A DNA stretch of 63,081 nt, the filler included, from Salisapilia sapeloensis CBS 127946 (Eukaryota; Protista; Oomycota), in NCBI GenBank assembly GCA_023334545.1. It is 9 parts of 9 records of this genome, joined end to end, with 100 filler letters (N's around TTAATTAATTAA, not from the genome) between each part and the next. Parts side by side here need not be neighbours in the genome. Positions count along the whole stretch, not along the records: positions 37,239 to 51,758 come from JAADVB010000385.1; positions 51,859 to 54,324 come from JAADVB010000899.1; positions 54,425 to 57,859 come from JAADVB010000752.1; positions 57,960 to 60,238 come from JAADVB010000928.1; 5 more parts are not named here. The stretch is one strand, 5' to 3'. A model generated the notes under the pieces. It saw only the letters and a list, made by a program, of their open reading frames with translations. It did not search any database and had not been told where the DNA came from. Made by a program: the position numbers and the translations under genes. The first letter of the stretch is position 1. Each line of letters opens with the position of its first letter. Of the stretch, positions 48,787 to 60,338 are shown one piece after another.

Positions 48787-48802
48787 GCTCATTTCCTCTT
48801 TT
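48787..48802 (+). promoter_or_regulatory. Oomycete Inr+FPR core promoter
   Basis: GCTCATTTCCTCTTTT is an exact fit to GCTCATTYBNNNWTTY, ~50 nt upstream of the RNR ATG. Confidence 0.8.
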
Positions 48803-48851
48803 GCGCGCCAACCGACAAGCAGTCTTCCAGCTTCAAAGCAACTCATCGAAA

Positions 48852-51212
48852 ATGTACGTTGTGAAGCGCGACAATCGCAATGAAGACGTCAAGTTTGATA
48901 AGATCACGGCACGCATTGAAAAACTTTGCTACGGCTTGAACCCGGAATATGTCGATCCGATCGTCATTGCGCAAAAAGTTGTCGCTGGCGTCTATCCTGG
49001 TGTCACGACATCGGAGCTGGATGAACTTGCCGCTGAGACCGCTGCTTACTGTAGTACGCAGCATCCGGACTTTAGTAAACTCGCAGCTCGTGTCGCCGTG
49101 TCCAACTTGCACAAGAACACGAACAAGGTTTTCAGTGAAAACATTGAACTTTTCTACCATAACAAGCATGAGAAGAACGGTCAGGATGCTCCATTGATTG
49201 CAGATGACGTGTACGAGATCGTCATGAAGCACAAGGAGGAGCTCAACTCGGCTATTATTCATGACCGAGACTTTGACTATGATTACTTTGGCTTCAAGAC
49301 TCTCGAGAAAAGCTACTTGCTGCGTGTGAACAACAAAATTTGCGAACGACCGCAGCAAATGATCATGCGAGTCGCCGTCGGTATTCACAAGGATGACATT
49401 CCATCTGTGCTCGAAACGTACGAGCACATGTCGCAACGCTACTTTACGCACGCGACACCGACATTGTTCAATGCCGGTACGCCACGTCCACAGCTCTCGT
49501 CTTGCTTCTTGCTTTCCATGAAGGACGACTCCATCGAGGGTATCTACGACACACTGAAGCAATGCGCCTGCATCTCGAAATGGGCTGGAGGCATCGGTGT
49601 TAGCATGCACAACATCCGCGCGACGAACAGCTACATCCGAGGCACGAACGGTACGTCAAACGGTATCATCCCGATGCTCCGTGTCTTCAACGACACTGCT
49701 CGATACGTGGACCAGGGAGGAGGAAAGCGAAAGGGTTCCTTTGCAATTTACCTCGAGCCGTGGCACGCCGACATTTTCGCTTTCTTGGACTTGCGCAAGA
49801 ACCACGGCAACGAACTCCACCGTGCTCGCGATCTCTTCTACTCTCTCTGGATTCCTGATCTCTTCATGAAGCGCGTTGAAGAAAACGGTGAGTGGAGTTT
49901 ATTCTGCCCGAATGAAGCTCCAGGCTTGTACGATTGCTGGGGTGAAGAGTTCGAAGCTTTGTTCGAGAAGTATGAACGTCAGGGTCTTGCACGTCGCACC
50001 ATCAAGGCTCAACAACTGTGGTTTGCGATCTTGGAGGCACAGATTGAAACCGGTACGCCGTACATGCTCTACAAGGATGCTTGCAACCGCAAGTCGAACC
50101 AACAGAACCTCGGTACCATCCGATCGAGCAACTTGTGCACAGAAATCATCGAGTACTCGTCTCCGGATGAGATTGCTGTCTGCAACCTGGCTTCCATCGC
50201 TCTGCCACGTTTCGCCGAATCGGGCGAGTTCGACTTCCAGCGTCTGTACGAGATCACCAAGATCGTCACGCGCAACTTGAACAAGGTCATTGACGTGAAC
50301 TACTACCCGGTGCAAGAAGCATACAACTCAAACATGCGCCACCGACCGATCGGTCTCGGTGTCCAAGGTCTTGCTGATGCATTCATTCTCATGGGCTACC
50401 CGTTCGAAAGCAAGGAAGCTCGTCAGCTGAACAAGGATATCTTCGAGACGCTTTACTTTGGTGCGATGGAAGCCTCAATGGAAATCGCCCAGAAGCTCGG
50501 TCCGTACGAGACATACCCAGGTTCTCCCGTCAGCAAAGGCATCTTCCAGTTCGACATGTGGGGTGTCACGCCGGACTCTGGTCGCTGGGACTGGGCCGGT
50601 CTCAAGGCCAAGGTTGCTCAGCACGGTGTCCGCAACTCGCTCTTGCTAGCTCCCATGCCAACTGCTTCGACTGCTCAGATCTTGGGCAACAACGAATCTA
50701 TCGAAGCGTACACTTCGAATATGTACAACCGTCGTGTGTTGGCTGGAGAGTTCACTATCGTGAACAAGCATCTCATGCGGGAGCTCATTTCCCTCGGCAT
50801 CTGGACACCAGAAGTCCGTAACCAGATTCTGAACGACGGTGGCTCGATCCAAAAGGTTCGATGCATCCCGGATGACGTGAAAGAAAAGTACAAGACGGTG
50901 TGGGAGATCAAGCAAAAGTCTGTCATTGATATGGCTGCCGACCGTGGCGCATACATCTGCCAGAGCCAGAGTATGAACGTACACATTGCCGACCCCAGCG
51001 TCAGTAAGCTCACGTCCATGCACTTCTACGCGTGGAAGCAGGGTCTCAAGACGGGCATGTACTACATGCGTGGCCGACCGAAGGCAGATGCTATTCAGTT
51101 CACTGTCGACAAGGCTGCAATTGCCAAGGGTGAGAGGGACTATGAACAGCAGCAGTTGGCTCAGAAAGGTCAGCCAGAAGAGGAAGAGGAGTGTCTTATG
51201 TGTGGCGCATAA
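48852..51212 (+). CDS. RRM1: Ribonucleoside-diphosphate reductase large subunit (class Ia)
   Basis: ATP-cone [49 protein letters not shown]-terminal CLMCGA. Confidence 0.98.
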   Translation: MYVVKRDNRNEDVKFDKITARIEKLCYGLNPEYVDPIVIAQKVVAGVYPGVTTSELDELAAETAAYCSTQHPDFSKLAARVAVSNLHKNTNKVFSENIELFYHNKHEKNGQDAPLIADDVYEIVMKHKEELNSAIIHDRDFDYDYFGFKTLEKSYLLRVNNKICERPQQMIMRVAVGIHKDDIPSVLETYEHMSQRYFTHATPTLFNAGTPRPQLSSCFLLSMKDDSIEGIYDTLKQCACISKWAGGIGVSMHNIRATNSYIRGTNGTSNGIIPMLRVFNDTARYVDQGGGKRKGSFAIYLEPWHADIFAFLDLRKNHGNELHRARDLFYSLWIPDLFMKRVEENGEWSLFCPNEAPGLYDCWGEEFEALFEKYERQGLARRTIKAQQLWFAILEAQIETGTPYMLYKDACNRKSNQQNLGTIRSSNLCTEIIEYSSPDEIAVCNLASIALPRFAESGEFDFQRLYEITKIVTRNLNKVIDVNYYPVQEAYNSNMRHRPIGLGVQGLADAFILMGYPFESKEARQLNKDIFETLYFGAMEASMEIAQKLGPYETYPGSPVSKGIFQFDMWGVTPDSGRWDWAGLKAKVAQHGVRNSLLLAPMPTASTAQILGNNESIEAYTSNMYNRRVLAGEFTIVNKHLMRELISLGIWTPEVRNQILNDGGSIQKVRCIPDDVKEKYKTVWEIKQKSVIDMAADRGAYICQSQSMNVHIADPSVSKLTSMHFYAWKQGLKTGMYYMRGRPKADAIQFTVDKAAIAKGERDYEQQQLAQKGQPEEEEECLMCGA

Positions 51213-51758
51213 GCGTGCTCTTTGAAAGCCATTAGCCTCCAGTTCTACTTAGTCATGACGTGCCGTACGGAGCAATGATTTTTAGTATGTATATCAAATC
51301 ACATTCTCTTTTTGGCGTCAGCACTTGTCTACGTTCTTTGCTTCTTTCTGGATATGGTGGTAAATCATCGAGGATACTCATTTAGGATAACTAGGAATTT
51401 GATAATGGAGAAGAGTACTTGTTGGATGTTGTAGAATAGTGTTTTACTTAATAAGAATTTCTATATTTTTGATAAGCATATGATGGAAGGATGTGGTGCT
51501 GGAACTGACACGTGCATTGGTACTGCATTTGGAGACAGCATAATTCTCAAGCATAAAGCAGAGGCTACTTTAATTGTTGTCATCAAAGAATGAGCTCGCA
51601 AGACTTGGAAATTCTTGAAGGTGGAAGATGTTTGACAGATTTGGTAACGTAGCGTCATCTTCAGCTCTAGCATTGCAATGCACTGTTCTCCTTTGCATCA
51701 CAAGACGAATCCGTGTACAGAATTTCGTCAGGTTGGTATCTCGACGATACGTGCATTA

Positions 51759-51858
51759 NNNNNNNNNNNNNNNNNNNNNNNNNNNNNNNNNNNNNNNNNN
51801 NNTTAATTAATTAANNNNNNNNNNNNNNNNNNNNNNNNNNNNNNNNNNNNNNNNNNNN
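51759..51858. other. Artificial contig linker
   Basis: N44-TTAATTAATTAA-N44. Confidence 0.99.
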
Positions 51859-52071
51859 CGTATTGTGGAGTGTGCTGGAGGTGAGGCAGAGACTAAAGGG
51901 TCTGCGAAAGAAGGGGATATTGTCATCACGACGGAAGCAGCTCTGGCTACCGTCACTGCGCAAAAGGCAGTGGCCAAAGTCGACAAGAACCGCCTCTACG
52001 CACCCGAACTGGTGCTGAGAAGTATTTTACAGCAGCATATAAACTTAAATGCATGGTTTTTAGAAATGTAA
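51859..52071 (+). CDS. 3' end of an unidentified gene
   Basis: Open frame from the contig edge with coding-like codon usage; no motif. Confidence 0.3.
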   Translation, partial: RIVECAGGEAETKGSAKEGDIVITTEAALATVTAQKAVAKVDKNRLYAPELVLRSILQQHINLNAWFLEM

Positions 52072-53745
52072 GTACTCGATCTTGTCGTCGAACAAATCTA
52101 GTTTATGGATTCATCATCGCTTTATCGTATTCGAGCTCGAAGGGTAGACTAATGGACGAAGAAGAAGTAATCTGATCTACAACATTTTTGCTCATAAAAT
52201 CCACTTGAATAAGTAGCATAACTATCTACATGTGAGACTGACAGCGCATGAAGGTATAGCTACTCTTGTTCATCTGATTTGAATATCCGGAGGTAGCAGT
52301 ACATGGGTTAAATGAACACGACAAGATATCTCGGTATAGGCGGCGGATACTCGTTCAACGAAGGGCAAGTTAAATAAGGCCCTGGGAGGGCACAACTCTC
52401 TAAGATACGGAGCGACTACAATTTCGAGTAGTATGGTTGCGACGAAATACGAGATACTGATACATTTTCTAAGTTTCCGTATACAACGTTTCGCTCGTGA
52501 GGAATAACTGACAAATTTGTCGGAGGCCGCAGTCTATAACTTGGAAGGCATATCGCTTTCCTTGCAGCTCTTGTAAGAAATTAAAGTATTCTGAGGAACG
52601 TCACATACTTCATAGGGGATGCTTACCACTTCAATTTTTACTCGTAGGTGATCTGACTGTAGAGGAGTAGAAACGAGGGCGTCATCGGATAGAGCTTGGT
52701 AGAGGAGCGAGGGCGAAGGTACGAAAGAAAATTTTTTCAAGGTGCTACTTTCGCTAAAGTTGCTGATTGCTAGAATGATAGAAGCGCCATGGAGACGCGT
52801 CGGGTGGAAGAATAGCGGGAAACGCTGGCGTCAGATAGCTACGCAAGACGGATGAGAATGCACTAGCGAAGGCTGGAACGATAATGGATGTTTGGATTGT
52901 AAACGCAAGGTAGGATAGTCCATGATGGTGAATGAGAAGCTCCTAGAGATAGATTTAACTACAAATCGGATGCGAGCGATTGTAGACCGATTTCGCTGAA
53001 CTGAGGAACGTTTTTGTTGAAAGGTGGTAAACGATCTTGTGCTGCGTTTCCAGCATCTACAAGATGGATCAGAAACAAGTTCAATGGCACGCGTTTGATG
53101 CATTGAGCATCATACGAACTCGCTATCTCTTTCAAAGTTGATCGTATCGGACGCATCTCGAAATATTTGTTCGTGATCGAAGTAAAAGGTAAACGGTCAA
53201 GGCAGAGAAAATCAAGTAATACCCCATTCATATCTTCATAATGGACGTATCTGACCAAGATATGAGAAAAAAGATGCCGCATGTGCCACCTGCACCCTTC
53301 TCGTGTTAAAGCAGCCATCTCCCAGCAAGCGCTGGATTTGTTCGTGTCGTGCGTCCATTTTGCTCTTTATTACGGCACTTGAAGATCCCTCACTTGGCAC
53401 GCTCTGATTGGCCAAACCGATCAGGTAACACATCGTCCGCGTCCCTCTAAAATCGCGGAAAGCCAGATACCGTAGCACATGCCTCTAGGCATTGCGTCGC
53501 CCAGCTGCTTAATCCCTATCTCGACAGTACAGTAGGGCAGGTAGTTGGCAATTAGACTCCTTCGCCACACCACGTTCTTCTTCCACCAGGACTTGTGCAC
53601 TTCGTGTATACGACGCTGCCGCAGACGTAATCTAGTGTGCAGCGTTTTAAACACTCCACACACTCGCAGTAGCATTCTGTCAATTCTTGGAAAAACACGC
53701 GCTGGAAGAGCCAGGGAACGACTCTAGTCGCTCCAGTACGCAGCG

Positions 53746-54324
53746 ATGAGTCTCACCATGTGGAGGTTCAGGCGGAACAAGGCGGCGAACCAGCAGTCTG
53801 AACGCACCACGCGCTTCCCTCTTCTCCATGCTGTCAAGGCATGCATGCCGACACTGCGCGGCTCGATTCATCAAGTTGTCGTGGCAAAGTTCTCTCCCTC
53901 CGTCGATGCTACTAGTGTCGAGTGCTCCCAAGTACCGCTCCAACCACCGTCCAAGCACACGGAGAATGAGCGCCCCTCGACCCCAGGCACGGCCAAGACT
54001 GATGAGGCAGACGACGTATGGGCGACGGTCGACGCGAACTCTCCTGTATTCGCTGAGACTCCATTCTTCGATGAGCCGATCACAGCGATTGAAAGCGAAA
54101 TTAATGAACTGGTCGACACGAAAGACATTCACTTTGAGATGACGTCGGACGGGTGTGGTGGTGCCTACTTTATTCGCAAGGGACAAAAGGAAGTCATCGG
54201 CATTTTCAAGCCTCGTGACGAAGAGTACATGGCGCCGAACAACCCGCGCGGATACGCTGTCGAGAATGCTGTGGTGGGCGTATCCGACCACCCGACGAAC
54301 CCTGGCTTCCGTGTCGGGAACGGA
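53746..54324 (+). CDS. Type II phosphatidylinositol 4-kinase (gamma-like), 5' part
   Basis: SDGCGGAYF, IGIFKPRDEE, APNNPRG. Cut by the gap. Confidence 0.85.
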
Positions 54325-54424
54325 NNNNNNNNNNNNNNNNNNNNNNNNNNNNNNNNNNNNNNNNNNNNTTAATTAATTAANNNNNNNNNNNNNNNNNNNN
54401 NNNNNNNNNNNNNNNNNNNNNNNN
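54325..54424. other. Artificial contig linker
   Basis: N44-TTAATTAATTAA-N44. Confidence 0.99.
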
Positions 54425-54895
54425 CCTGCATACGGCCGCTACTCTACAGCGCACACATTGAAACGAATTGACTTTGCCTTGAAAGAGGTCCGTCTCACTT
54501 CCAGCGCCGTCGTGAAGATTTGTATCACCGGTTCATGCGGCTTTACAAATATTCGCATTAATCAGCCTTTTCGTATGATATAGTGAGTGCAAGTAGAAAT
54601 ACGTCTCAGCAAGAGATGGGTACCGGATCCTGAAAGGACGGAAACCTAGTGCAATGGCACGAAGTGATCCACGGCCCTAAACTACCTCCAACGACTTTGG
54701 CAGCTCGACTACCTATAGAGTGACTGCATTTGGATCCTACGTATCCGTAATATGCAGGGAGGAAACACCGGTGATACTCAAATTTCCCAATTATCTTCGA
54801 TGTAAGAGACGCAGGCATGGTCTCTCACCATCGGCGCCCACGCCCGAGAAACGAGCTCACTCCCAAATTTCAACTGAACGCAACAAGCTCTTCAA

Positions 54896-55711
54896 GTGGA
54901 AATGCTGTGCCCAACCACATACCTGACCACACTCTTCTCAGCTTGCACTGGCAGGGGTCGCAAAGCATTAACCTGCTGCCTATCCAAAGCGCGTCGCTGG
55001 CGTTCCAAGTGCGCTTCCATTTTCTCTGTTGAACACATGAATATGCCTCCACCATCCACGGAAGAAGACCTGAAGATGCTGGCGGATTCCATCATCGACA
55101 TCCTACCGAACATTGCGCTTACGGAGCAAAGCAGTGGCGAGGAAGACCCAGACCAAGAGACTGTCGTTGATAAGAATCCCAACCAAGGCGAGGTTAGCGC
55201 TCCATCGTACGTATCTGAACCCGAGAAACTGGAAAAAGAAGACTACAATGCACTGGCTGAACCAGAATGCATTGCGATTGACGTGCCATCGGTCGCCGTG
55301 ATGACCGCGTCTCTGACTCCTCCAACCAGTAACTCGTCTGTATCGTCAACGAATTCGTACGAATTAGCTGGAAAACAGCCAAAGGTGAAGAGCGTGCGCT
55401 TCTTATTGCCGGACGGAGCTGTCGTGAAGCCAACGCCGATTAAACGAACTGCCGTGTACTTGGCCCCTATCTCCCCCAACGGAAAGTGGACGGACTGTAT
55501 CTTGAGGACGAACGACTCGAAGCCAGCGTACTACTGCAACAAGGCAATGGCGAAAAATCTGGAAAGCACAATCCGGTCCAGTCCGCTGGAGCGTTTGCGT
55601 GGCGTAGTCGAGAAGAGGATCAGCTCGACCAAGACCAAGCTGAGAGCAAAGTCGAAGTGGTCGTTCAAGATGAAGAAACGATCAACACCAGCATGCGGTG
55701 AAGACGTCTAG
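54896..55711 (+). CDS. Hypothetical protein (acidic/Ser-rich centre, basic C-terminus)
   Basis: 271-aa ORF with coding-like composition; start uncertain. Confidence 0.45.
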   Translation: MEMLCPTTYLTTLFSACTGRGRKALTCCLSKARRWRSKCASIFSVEHMNMPPPSTEEDLKMLADSIIDILPNIALTEQSSGEEDPDQETVVDKNPNQGEVSAPSYVSEPEKLEKEDYNALAEPECIAIDVPSVAVMTASLTPPTSNSSVSSTNSYELAGKQPKVKSVRFLLPDGAVVKPTPIKRTAVYLAPISPNGKWTDCILRTNDSKPAYYCNKAMAKNLESTIRSSPLERLRGVVEKRISSTKTKLRAKSKWSFKMKKRSTPACGEDV

Positions 55712-56158
55712 CTTCCAGACTAGGAAGTGCAGCTATATGTAATAGTGACAAGAATACGACATGTACCCCAACTAGAATACAACAGCATTTAACGTTCAAC
55801 TATGCATGTACTTCACATGGATCCATCTACTCCGATAGCTCTTCTAAGAGATTGCAGCGTTACAGCCTAGACATCCAAGGTCATGTAGGTCTGAGAAAAA
55901 ACATCTACTTCAAGGGTGAGGCTGGAGATACATGAGAGCAGTCGAGTGAATTTCAAGTATTGACCAGCATAGTCAGAATTCAAGGCTTTATTCCTTATGC
56001 CGTCTACTAGAACGGATAGTATAGGAGATACTTTCGCTGATAGCGGCTATATCTAGAGTTTACAGTAGTTCCTGATATCTCATTAGTCTTATTCTGCATC
56101 TTATTCTTGACACGGTGAGTCAGCTCATATTCGCCTACACTTGCATCGGAACGCATAG

Positions 56159-57631
56159 ATGGACATAGATAAGGCACGGACTCGACCACGTGCCCCAATT
56201 CGAGCGTATGAGCGCTTATACTCTATGGACGCGACGAAGAGCGCGGTCGTGGTGCACATTGCGGCACTCAAAGGTCCGATCGACGTCTTGCTCAAGAACG
56301 CACCACGAGCGATTCAAGCTACGTTCAATCGCCATCCACGCATGCGTGCGCTCAAACTACGAGATGAGTTCGCGACCGTGGAAATCGTAGAGCACATTGA
56401 CCTAGCAGATGTGGAGGAGCGATCTCTCCTCGTCGTACACGATGTAGCGTCCGATCCGATGGACATGTCGTGGGAGGCATTCGCCGAGCAAGAGGTGCAC
56501 AAGACGTTTGATCGGTGCAGTCAGTTCCCCTTCCGAGTCACGATCATGGCAGATGAGACGAACGAACAAGCAAAGCTGATGCTCTTCTCGGACCACTACA
56601 TGTCGGACGGCATGTCTGGAGCAGTCGTGATACACGACATACTCGAGGGTGTGTGTTCCATAGAACATGGAGAAGCAGTTACAGAGGTAGAAAAGAGCCT
56701 TCGACCTCCCTTGTACGACCAGTGGCTGGAGTCATCTCCTCTGCAGAACATGCTTCGGCGCTTCATCATCCACATGTTCGGTAAGGAGACGTACAAGTGG
56801 GACATTGAGGACGCGCGACGCGCAGTCGCATTAGGCGAAGACCAACGTGACTTTACGGGCGTTCCATTGCCAGATAACCACACGTCTCTGTTGTTCGCGA
56901 CGGGCAGTGCTGCCAGCAAAGACGCGATGGTCGTCAAGTGCAAGGAGGAGAGGGTGACGATCGGCGGAGCTGTCGTCGCGGCTCTCTTCACTACCTACGT
57001 CATGGACTATCTGGAGCATGAAGGCGACCCAAACGACCCGTTTTCATTGGGTATCGGAGTAGACTACAATATGCGACCGAGGGTTCCGGACCCCATGGAT
57101 GCAGACGACGTCGGTTTCTTTGTGTACTCTCGAGACGTTGACTTCCTCTCCAAAGAAGGGGTCCAATTGCGTCAGACTGGGTTCTGGGATCTAGCGAGAC
57201 GGTGTAAGAAGGAGGTGGATGGAGGTCTAGACGGGTTCTCTGCTGCTTTTGGTTATGTGTTTGCAGACCAGTTCTTCCACGACCAACGTTCGAATGCGTT
57301 TTATGCCGACATAACTATCCCTGGGTGTGGTCTCGGGGACACGTCCGTTTCGAATCTCGGACGATATCCTTACGATCTAGAGTATGACGTTGGAAACGAT
57401 CGGAAGCTGCTTGTCGATGGGTTTTACTTTAATGCTGCCAGTCGTACGATCGGCACTCCGTCCTGCTTCTTTCTCTGCTGTACGAACCAGATGAACTATG
57501 GCATGAAGCATCGCTATGAGCGTGGTCGAGGCAAGGCTATCTTTGATAAAGCTGTGGTCATGCTAGAAAGCATCGCGACGGTCACGTCGAGTGAAAGTGT
57601 CTTTGCTCTGGCTGAACGCATGAAAGTGTGA
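56159..57631 (+). CDS. CoA-dependent acyltransferase, alcohol acetyltransferase/condensation-domain-like
   Basis: FNRHPRMRA, FPFRV, active-site SDHYMSDGMSG (HxxxDG), VDYNMR, SVSNLGRY. Confidence 0.82.
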   Translation: MDIDKARTRPRAPIRAYERLYSMDATKSAVVVHIAALKGPIDVLLKNAPRAIQATFNRHPRMRALKLRDEFATVEIVEHIDLADVEERSLLVVHDVASDPMDMSWEAFAEQEVHKTFDRCSQFPFRVTIMADETNEQAKLMLFSDHYMSDGMSGAVVIHDILEGVCSIEHGEAVTEVEKSLRPPLYDQWLESSPLQNMLRRFIIHMFGKETYKWDIEDARRAVALGEDQRDFTGVPLPDNHTSLLFATGSAASKDAMVVKCKEERVTIGGAVVAALFTTYVMDYLEHEGDPNDPFSLGIGVDYNMRPRVPDPMDADDVGFFVYSRDVDFLSKEGVQLRQTGFWDLARRCKKEVDGGLDGFSAAFGYVFADQFFHDQRSNAFYADITIPGCGLGDTSVSNLGRYPYDLEYDVGNDRKLLVDGFYFNAASRTIGTPSCFFLCCTNQMNYGMKHRYERGRGKAIFDKAVVMLESIATVTSSESVFALAERMKV

Positions 57632-57815
57632 GCAAGCTATGGAATGTAACGAAGTAGACCTTGTTTGCAAGCTGTTCTTTGGATTGATTACTTTAACTTT
57701 CTCATTAGAAAGCTTTGCCCGAAGCGAAGTGCGGCCAGCGCTGGTCTGCATTCGCGTCGTAAATTAATTCGATTAAAAAATGAAAATGATAAAAAGGGCA
57801 ACCTGTAAAAACCAC

Positions 57816-57859
57816 TGTCGACGCGTAGGCTCGAACCCGAGAGCTTTCCTTTATAGGTC
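57816..57859 (-). other. tRNA-like 3' fragment (B-box GGTTCGAGCC), degenerate and cut by the gap
   Basis: Reverse complement reads ...CTCGGGTTCGAGCCTACGCGTCGACA. T-stem pairs poorly and the 5' half is absent. Confidence 0.3.
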
Positions 57860-57959
57860 NNNNNNNNNNNNNNNNNNNNNNNNNNNNNNNNNNNNNNNNN
57901 NNNTTAATTAATTAANNNNNNNNNNNNNNNNNNNNNNNNNNNNNNNNNNNNNNNNNNNN
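57860..57959. other. Artificial contig linker
   Basis: N44-TTAATTAATTAA-N44. Confidence 0.99.
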
Positions 57960-58046
57960 AGAGGCGTGGTCCCACGGACCGTCGGGGGCGCCAAAGTTCA
58001 CGGCGCCGGCGCCGATGATGGCGGTGCGGACTCCAGAGGCAGACAT
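57960..58046 (-). CDS. NAD-binding Rossmann oxidoreductase (Gfo/Idh/MocA-like), N-terminus only
   Basis: MSASGVRTAIIGAGAVNFGAPDGPWDHAS. Cut by the gap. Confidence 0.6.
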
Positions 58047-59091
58047 GGTGGTAGGTGGTTCAGTCGGGGTTGATGCACTTGGGCGCTCGAAGGCAAGTTG
58101 CAGAATGAGAAGGCTGGAGCTCGCCTGACGTGGCTGGAAGCACGAGTGACGCGTGACGGCCAAGATCTTAGGAAGATATAGCCTGTGCAGCTTCAACTCG
58201 GCCGACGAGTCTGCGTCTCACTTCGAGCCGGAGCTGGCATATTTCGTCAGCGCCGAGCGCATCCACAGGCCGTCTTGAAGTTGGCGCACGCTGGTTTCCA
58301 CGCTTTCCGCTGCGGACGGTGGTACTGACTGGAACAGATGGGCCAGCGCGGAGCAAAGCTTGAACGCTCGAGCGGCGGCTTCCTCCCTGTTGGCTGCTTC
58401 CTGCTTAGGCTGACGTCGAACGAACAAGCGGTGATTTTTTGGAATCAGGATCTACTTTTTGGATGTATCCGACGGCGTCCGCTGAAGACACGTCGTGCCT
58501 GCGACCTGCAAGTCGACTGGGGTCACATGGACTGCGCCAAGAGCAGCGTGAGTCGCGTTGGTTGCCAGTTGGACGCGAAGATCGCTCGCGCGGTTTTCGA
58601 CTGCATGGGCCTCCGTCCATTCTTGCGTTTCCACCCGTACTGCTCCCAGCGCATCTCCTTCCATGCCAGTTGAATTTCGACGATGCAGCTCAGGTGCATG
58701 TCGCTCTTAACACGCGAGGCAGGCACCGGTCGATCGACGAGAGGGTCTTGCCCTGGCGAAGGCAGACTGCACTGGAATGAGCTGCGTTACACACGATGAC
58801 TGCGAGCACCGCCGTAGTCGTATGCGCCTACCGCGTGAAGGAACACAGCGCCATATCCAAAGCGCTATATCCAAAGCCCCATCTGTCTTGAAGCCCAAGT
58901 CGGTGGAGGCTGGTAGTCAGCTGGCGTGTAGTCCTGCACTTTGTACAGATATTTCATATCCAAAAGCTCAGGGTCGAGTCCGGCCCTTGGTGTCTGTAAG
59001 CTGACCAACAGGGAGCCCCTTTGTTGTTGGAGGAAGCGAAAGTTATGGACGTGTCCGAGTCCGTGGATGGGGCCGCCCGTCACGCGCTAGC

Positions 59092-59126
59092 TACCAGTTA
59101 CCAGTTACCAGTTACCAGTTACCAGT
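59092..59126 (+). repeat. Perfect heptamer tandem repeat (TACCAGT)5
   Basis: Read directly. Confidence 0.95.
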
Positions 59127-59374
59127 CACCCGCTGCTTGCCAGCGCAGACGCGAAGGAAGCGAAGAAGAGGCGGACAGAAAACGGTACGTTCATCAGGCA
59201 GTAGACGAAGTTCAAGTGGCATGTCACGTGTTCTTCCTTTCCCGATCCAGCGAAAAATTAATGCCGTCGCTTGCGGTCGCCTCCAGCAGCTGCACCACAA
59301 TCGTCCGATAAGACCCGGGTGCTTCGAAGGAGTTGCGCGTCGCAAACGGCTCTTTTCGCTGTCGCTTGTCGGCA

Positions 59375-59390
59375 GCTCATTCGTGAATTT
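59375..59390 (+). promoter_or_regulatory. Oomycete Inr+FPR core promoter
   Basis: GCTCATTCGTGAATTT is an exact fit to consensus, ~55 nt upstream of the SWEET ATG. Confidence 0.8.
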
Positions 59391-59445
59391 GCCCCCGCCG
59401 CACCGCCGCCGCACCTTCTTGCTCGTGCTCTGACAAACATACGCC

Positions 59446-60150
59446 ATGGCCTCGGACGCCGCCGAAGAAACCATCAACGTGCTCGCCACTATCGCGACGG
59501 CGACCATCTTCCTGAGCATGATCCCGGAACACTTGCGCATCGTGAAGAGTAAATCGACGCAGGGCGTCGCCTTCTTCCCTCTCGTCGCCATGTTCGTGCA
59601 GTCGCTCTTCTGGGTCCTCTATGGCTGGGCGTCCCATTCCGTATGGCCTCTCAGTACGGTCAACGCGCTCGGCGTCGTCATGGCCATCGTCTACTGGGGC
59701 TGCTTCCTTCCGTTCGAGAAGGAGTACAACAAGCGCTACTACGGGTACATTGCCGTGGCCGTCCTGTTCATGGTCGCCATGGTCATCTACACCGTCGTGA
59801 GTCCTCAGGACCGCGACTACCGTGCCAAGGTCGTTGGATACATGGCCAACGTCGCCGCCATCATCATGTTCGCTTCGCCGTTTCTAGCGATGAAGGAGGT
59901 GATCACGTCCAAGCATTCGGACTTGATTTCGCCTGGCATGGCATTGACCGGTATGGTCAACGGTGCGCTGTGGTCTGCGTACGGGTTCATGCAGAGCGAC
60001 GACTTTGTTCTGGTGCCCAACTTTATCAACGCTTGTCTGTGCCTCATCCAGCTCATCCTCATCGCCGTGTACCCGCGTAGCAAGGCGAAGAAGGGAGCCG
60101 AGCTGGAGCAGGACGACAAGAACGAAGACTTGATGGAGAATCACGCCTAA
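59446..60150 (+). CDS. SWEET: SWEET (MtN3/saliva) sugar transporter
   Basis: Two MtN3 repeats: KSKSTQGVAFFP...WVLYG...VNALG and MFASPF..MKEVI.SK...WSAYG...FVLVPN. Confidence 0.93.
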   Translation: MASDAAEETINVLATIATATIFLSMIPEHLRIVKSKSTQGVAFFPLVAMFVQSLFWVLYGWASHSVWPLSTVNALGVVMAIVYWGCFLPFEKEYNKRYYGYIAVAVLFMVAMVIYTVVSPQDRDYRAKVVGYMANVAAIIMFASPFLAMKEVITSKHSDLISPGMALTGMVNGALWSAYGFMQSDDFVLVPNFINACLCLIQLILIAVYPRSKAKKGAELEQDDKNEDLMENHA

Positions 60151-60238
60151 GACGGTGTATGCCGACAAATTGATATCTCGATTGGCTTGTCGTTGGTAGA
60201 TACGTGAGCTACTAGACCGAGTAAGAATATTAATTTAC

Positions 60239-60338
60239 NNNNNNNNNNNNNNNNNNNNNNNNNNNNNNNNNNNNNNNNNNNNTTAATTAATTAANNNNNN
60301 NNNNNNNNNNNNNNNNNNNNNNNNNNNNNNNNNNNNNN
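60239..60338. other. Artificial contig linker
   Basis: N44-TTAATTAATTAA-N44. Confidence 0.99.

Noticed and set aside
48843-51023. Long antisense and alternate-frame ORFs over RNR (e.g. 48843-49610), and similar ones over eIF4A-III, OMT, SWEET and the acyltransferase
   Set aside because: Expected shadows of GC3-rich codon usage; no motifs.
53746-55711. Joining the PI4K 5' part to ORF 54896-55711 as one gene
   Set aside because: Separated by an artificial linker, and no PI4K C-terminal IDHG motif is seen in the next contig.
57816-57859. Functional tRNA gene
   Set aside because: T-stem pairs poorly, no anticodon stem can be formed and the 5' half is in the gap; kept only as a low-confidence tRNA-like fragment.
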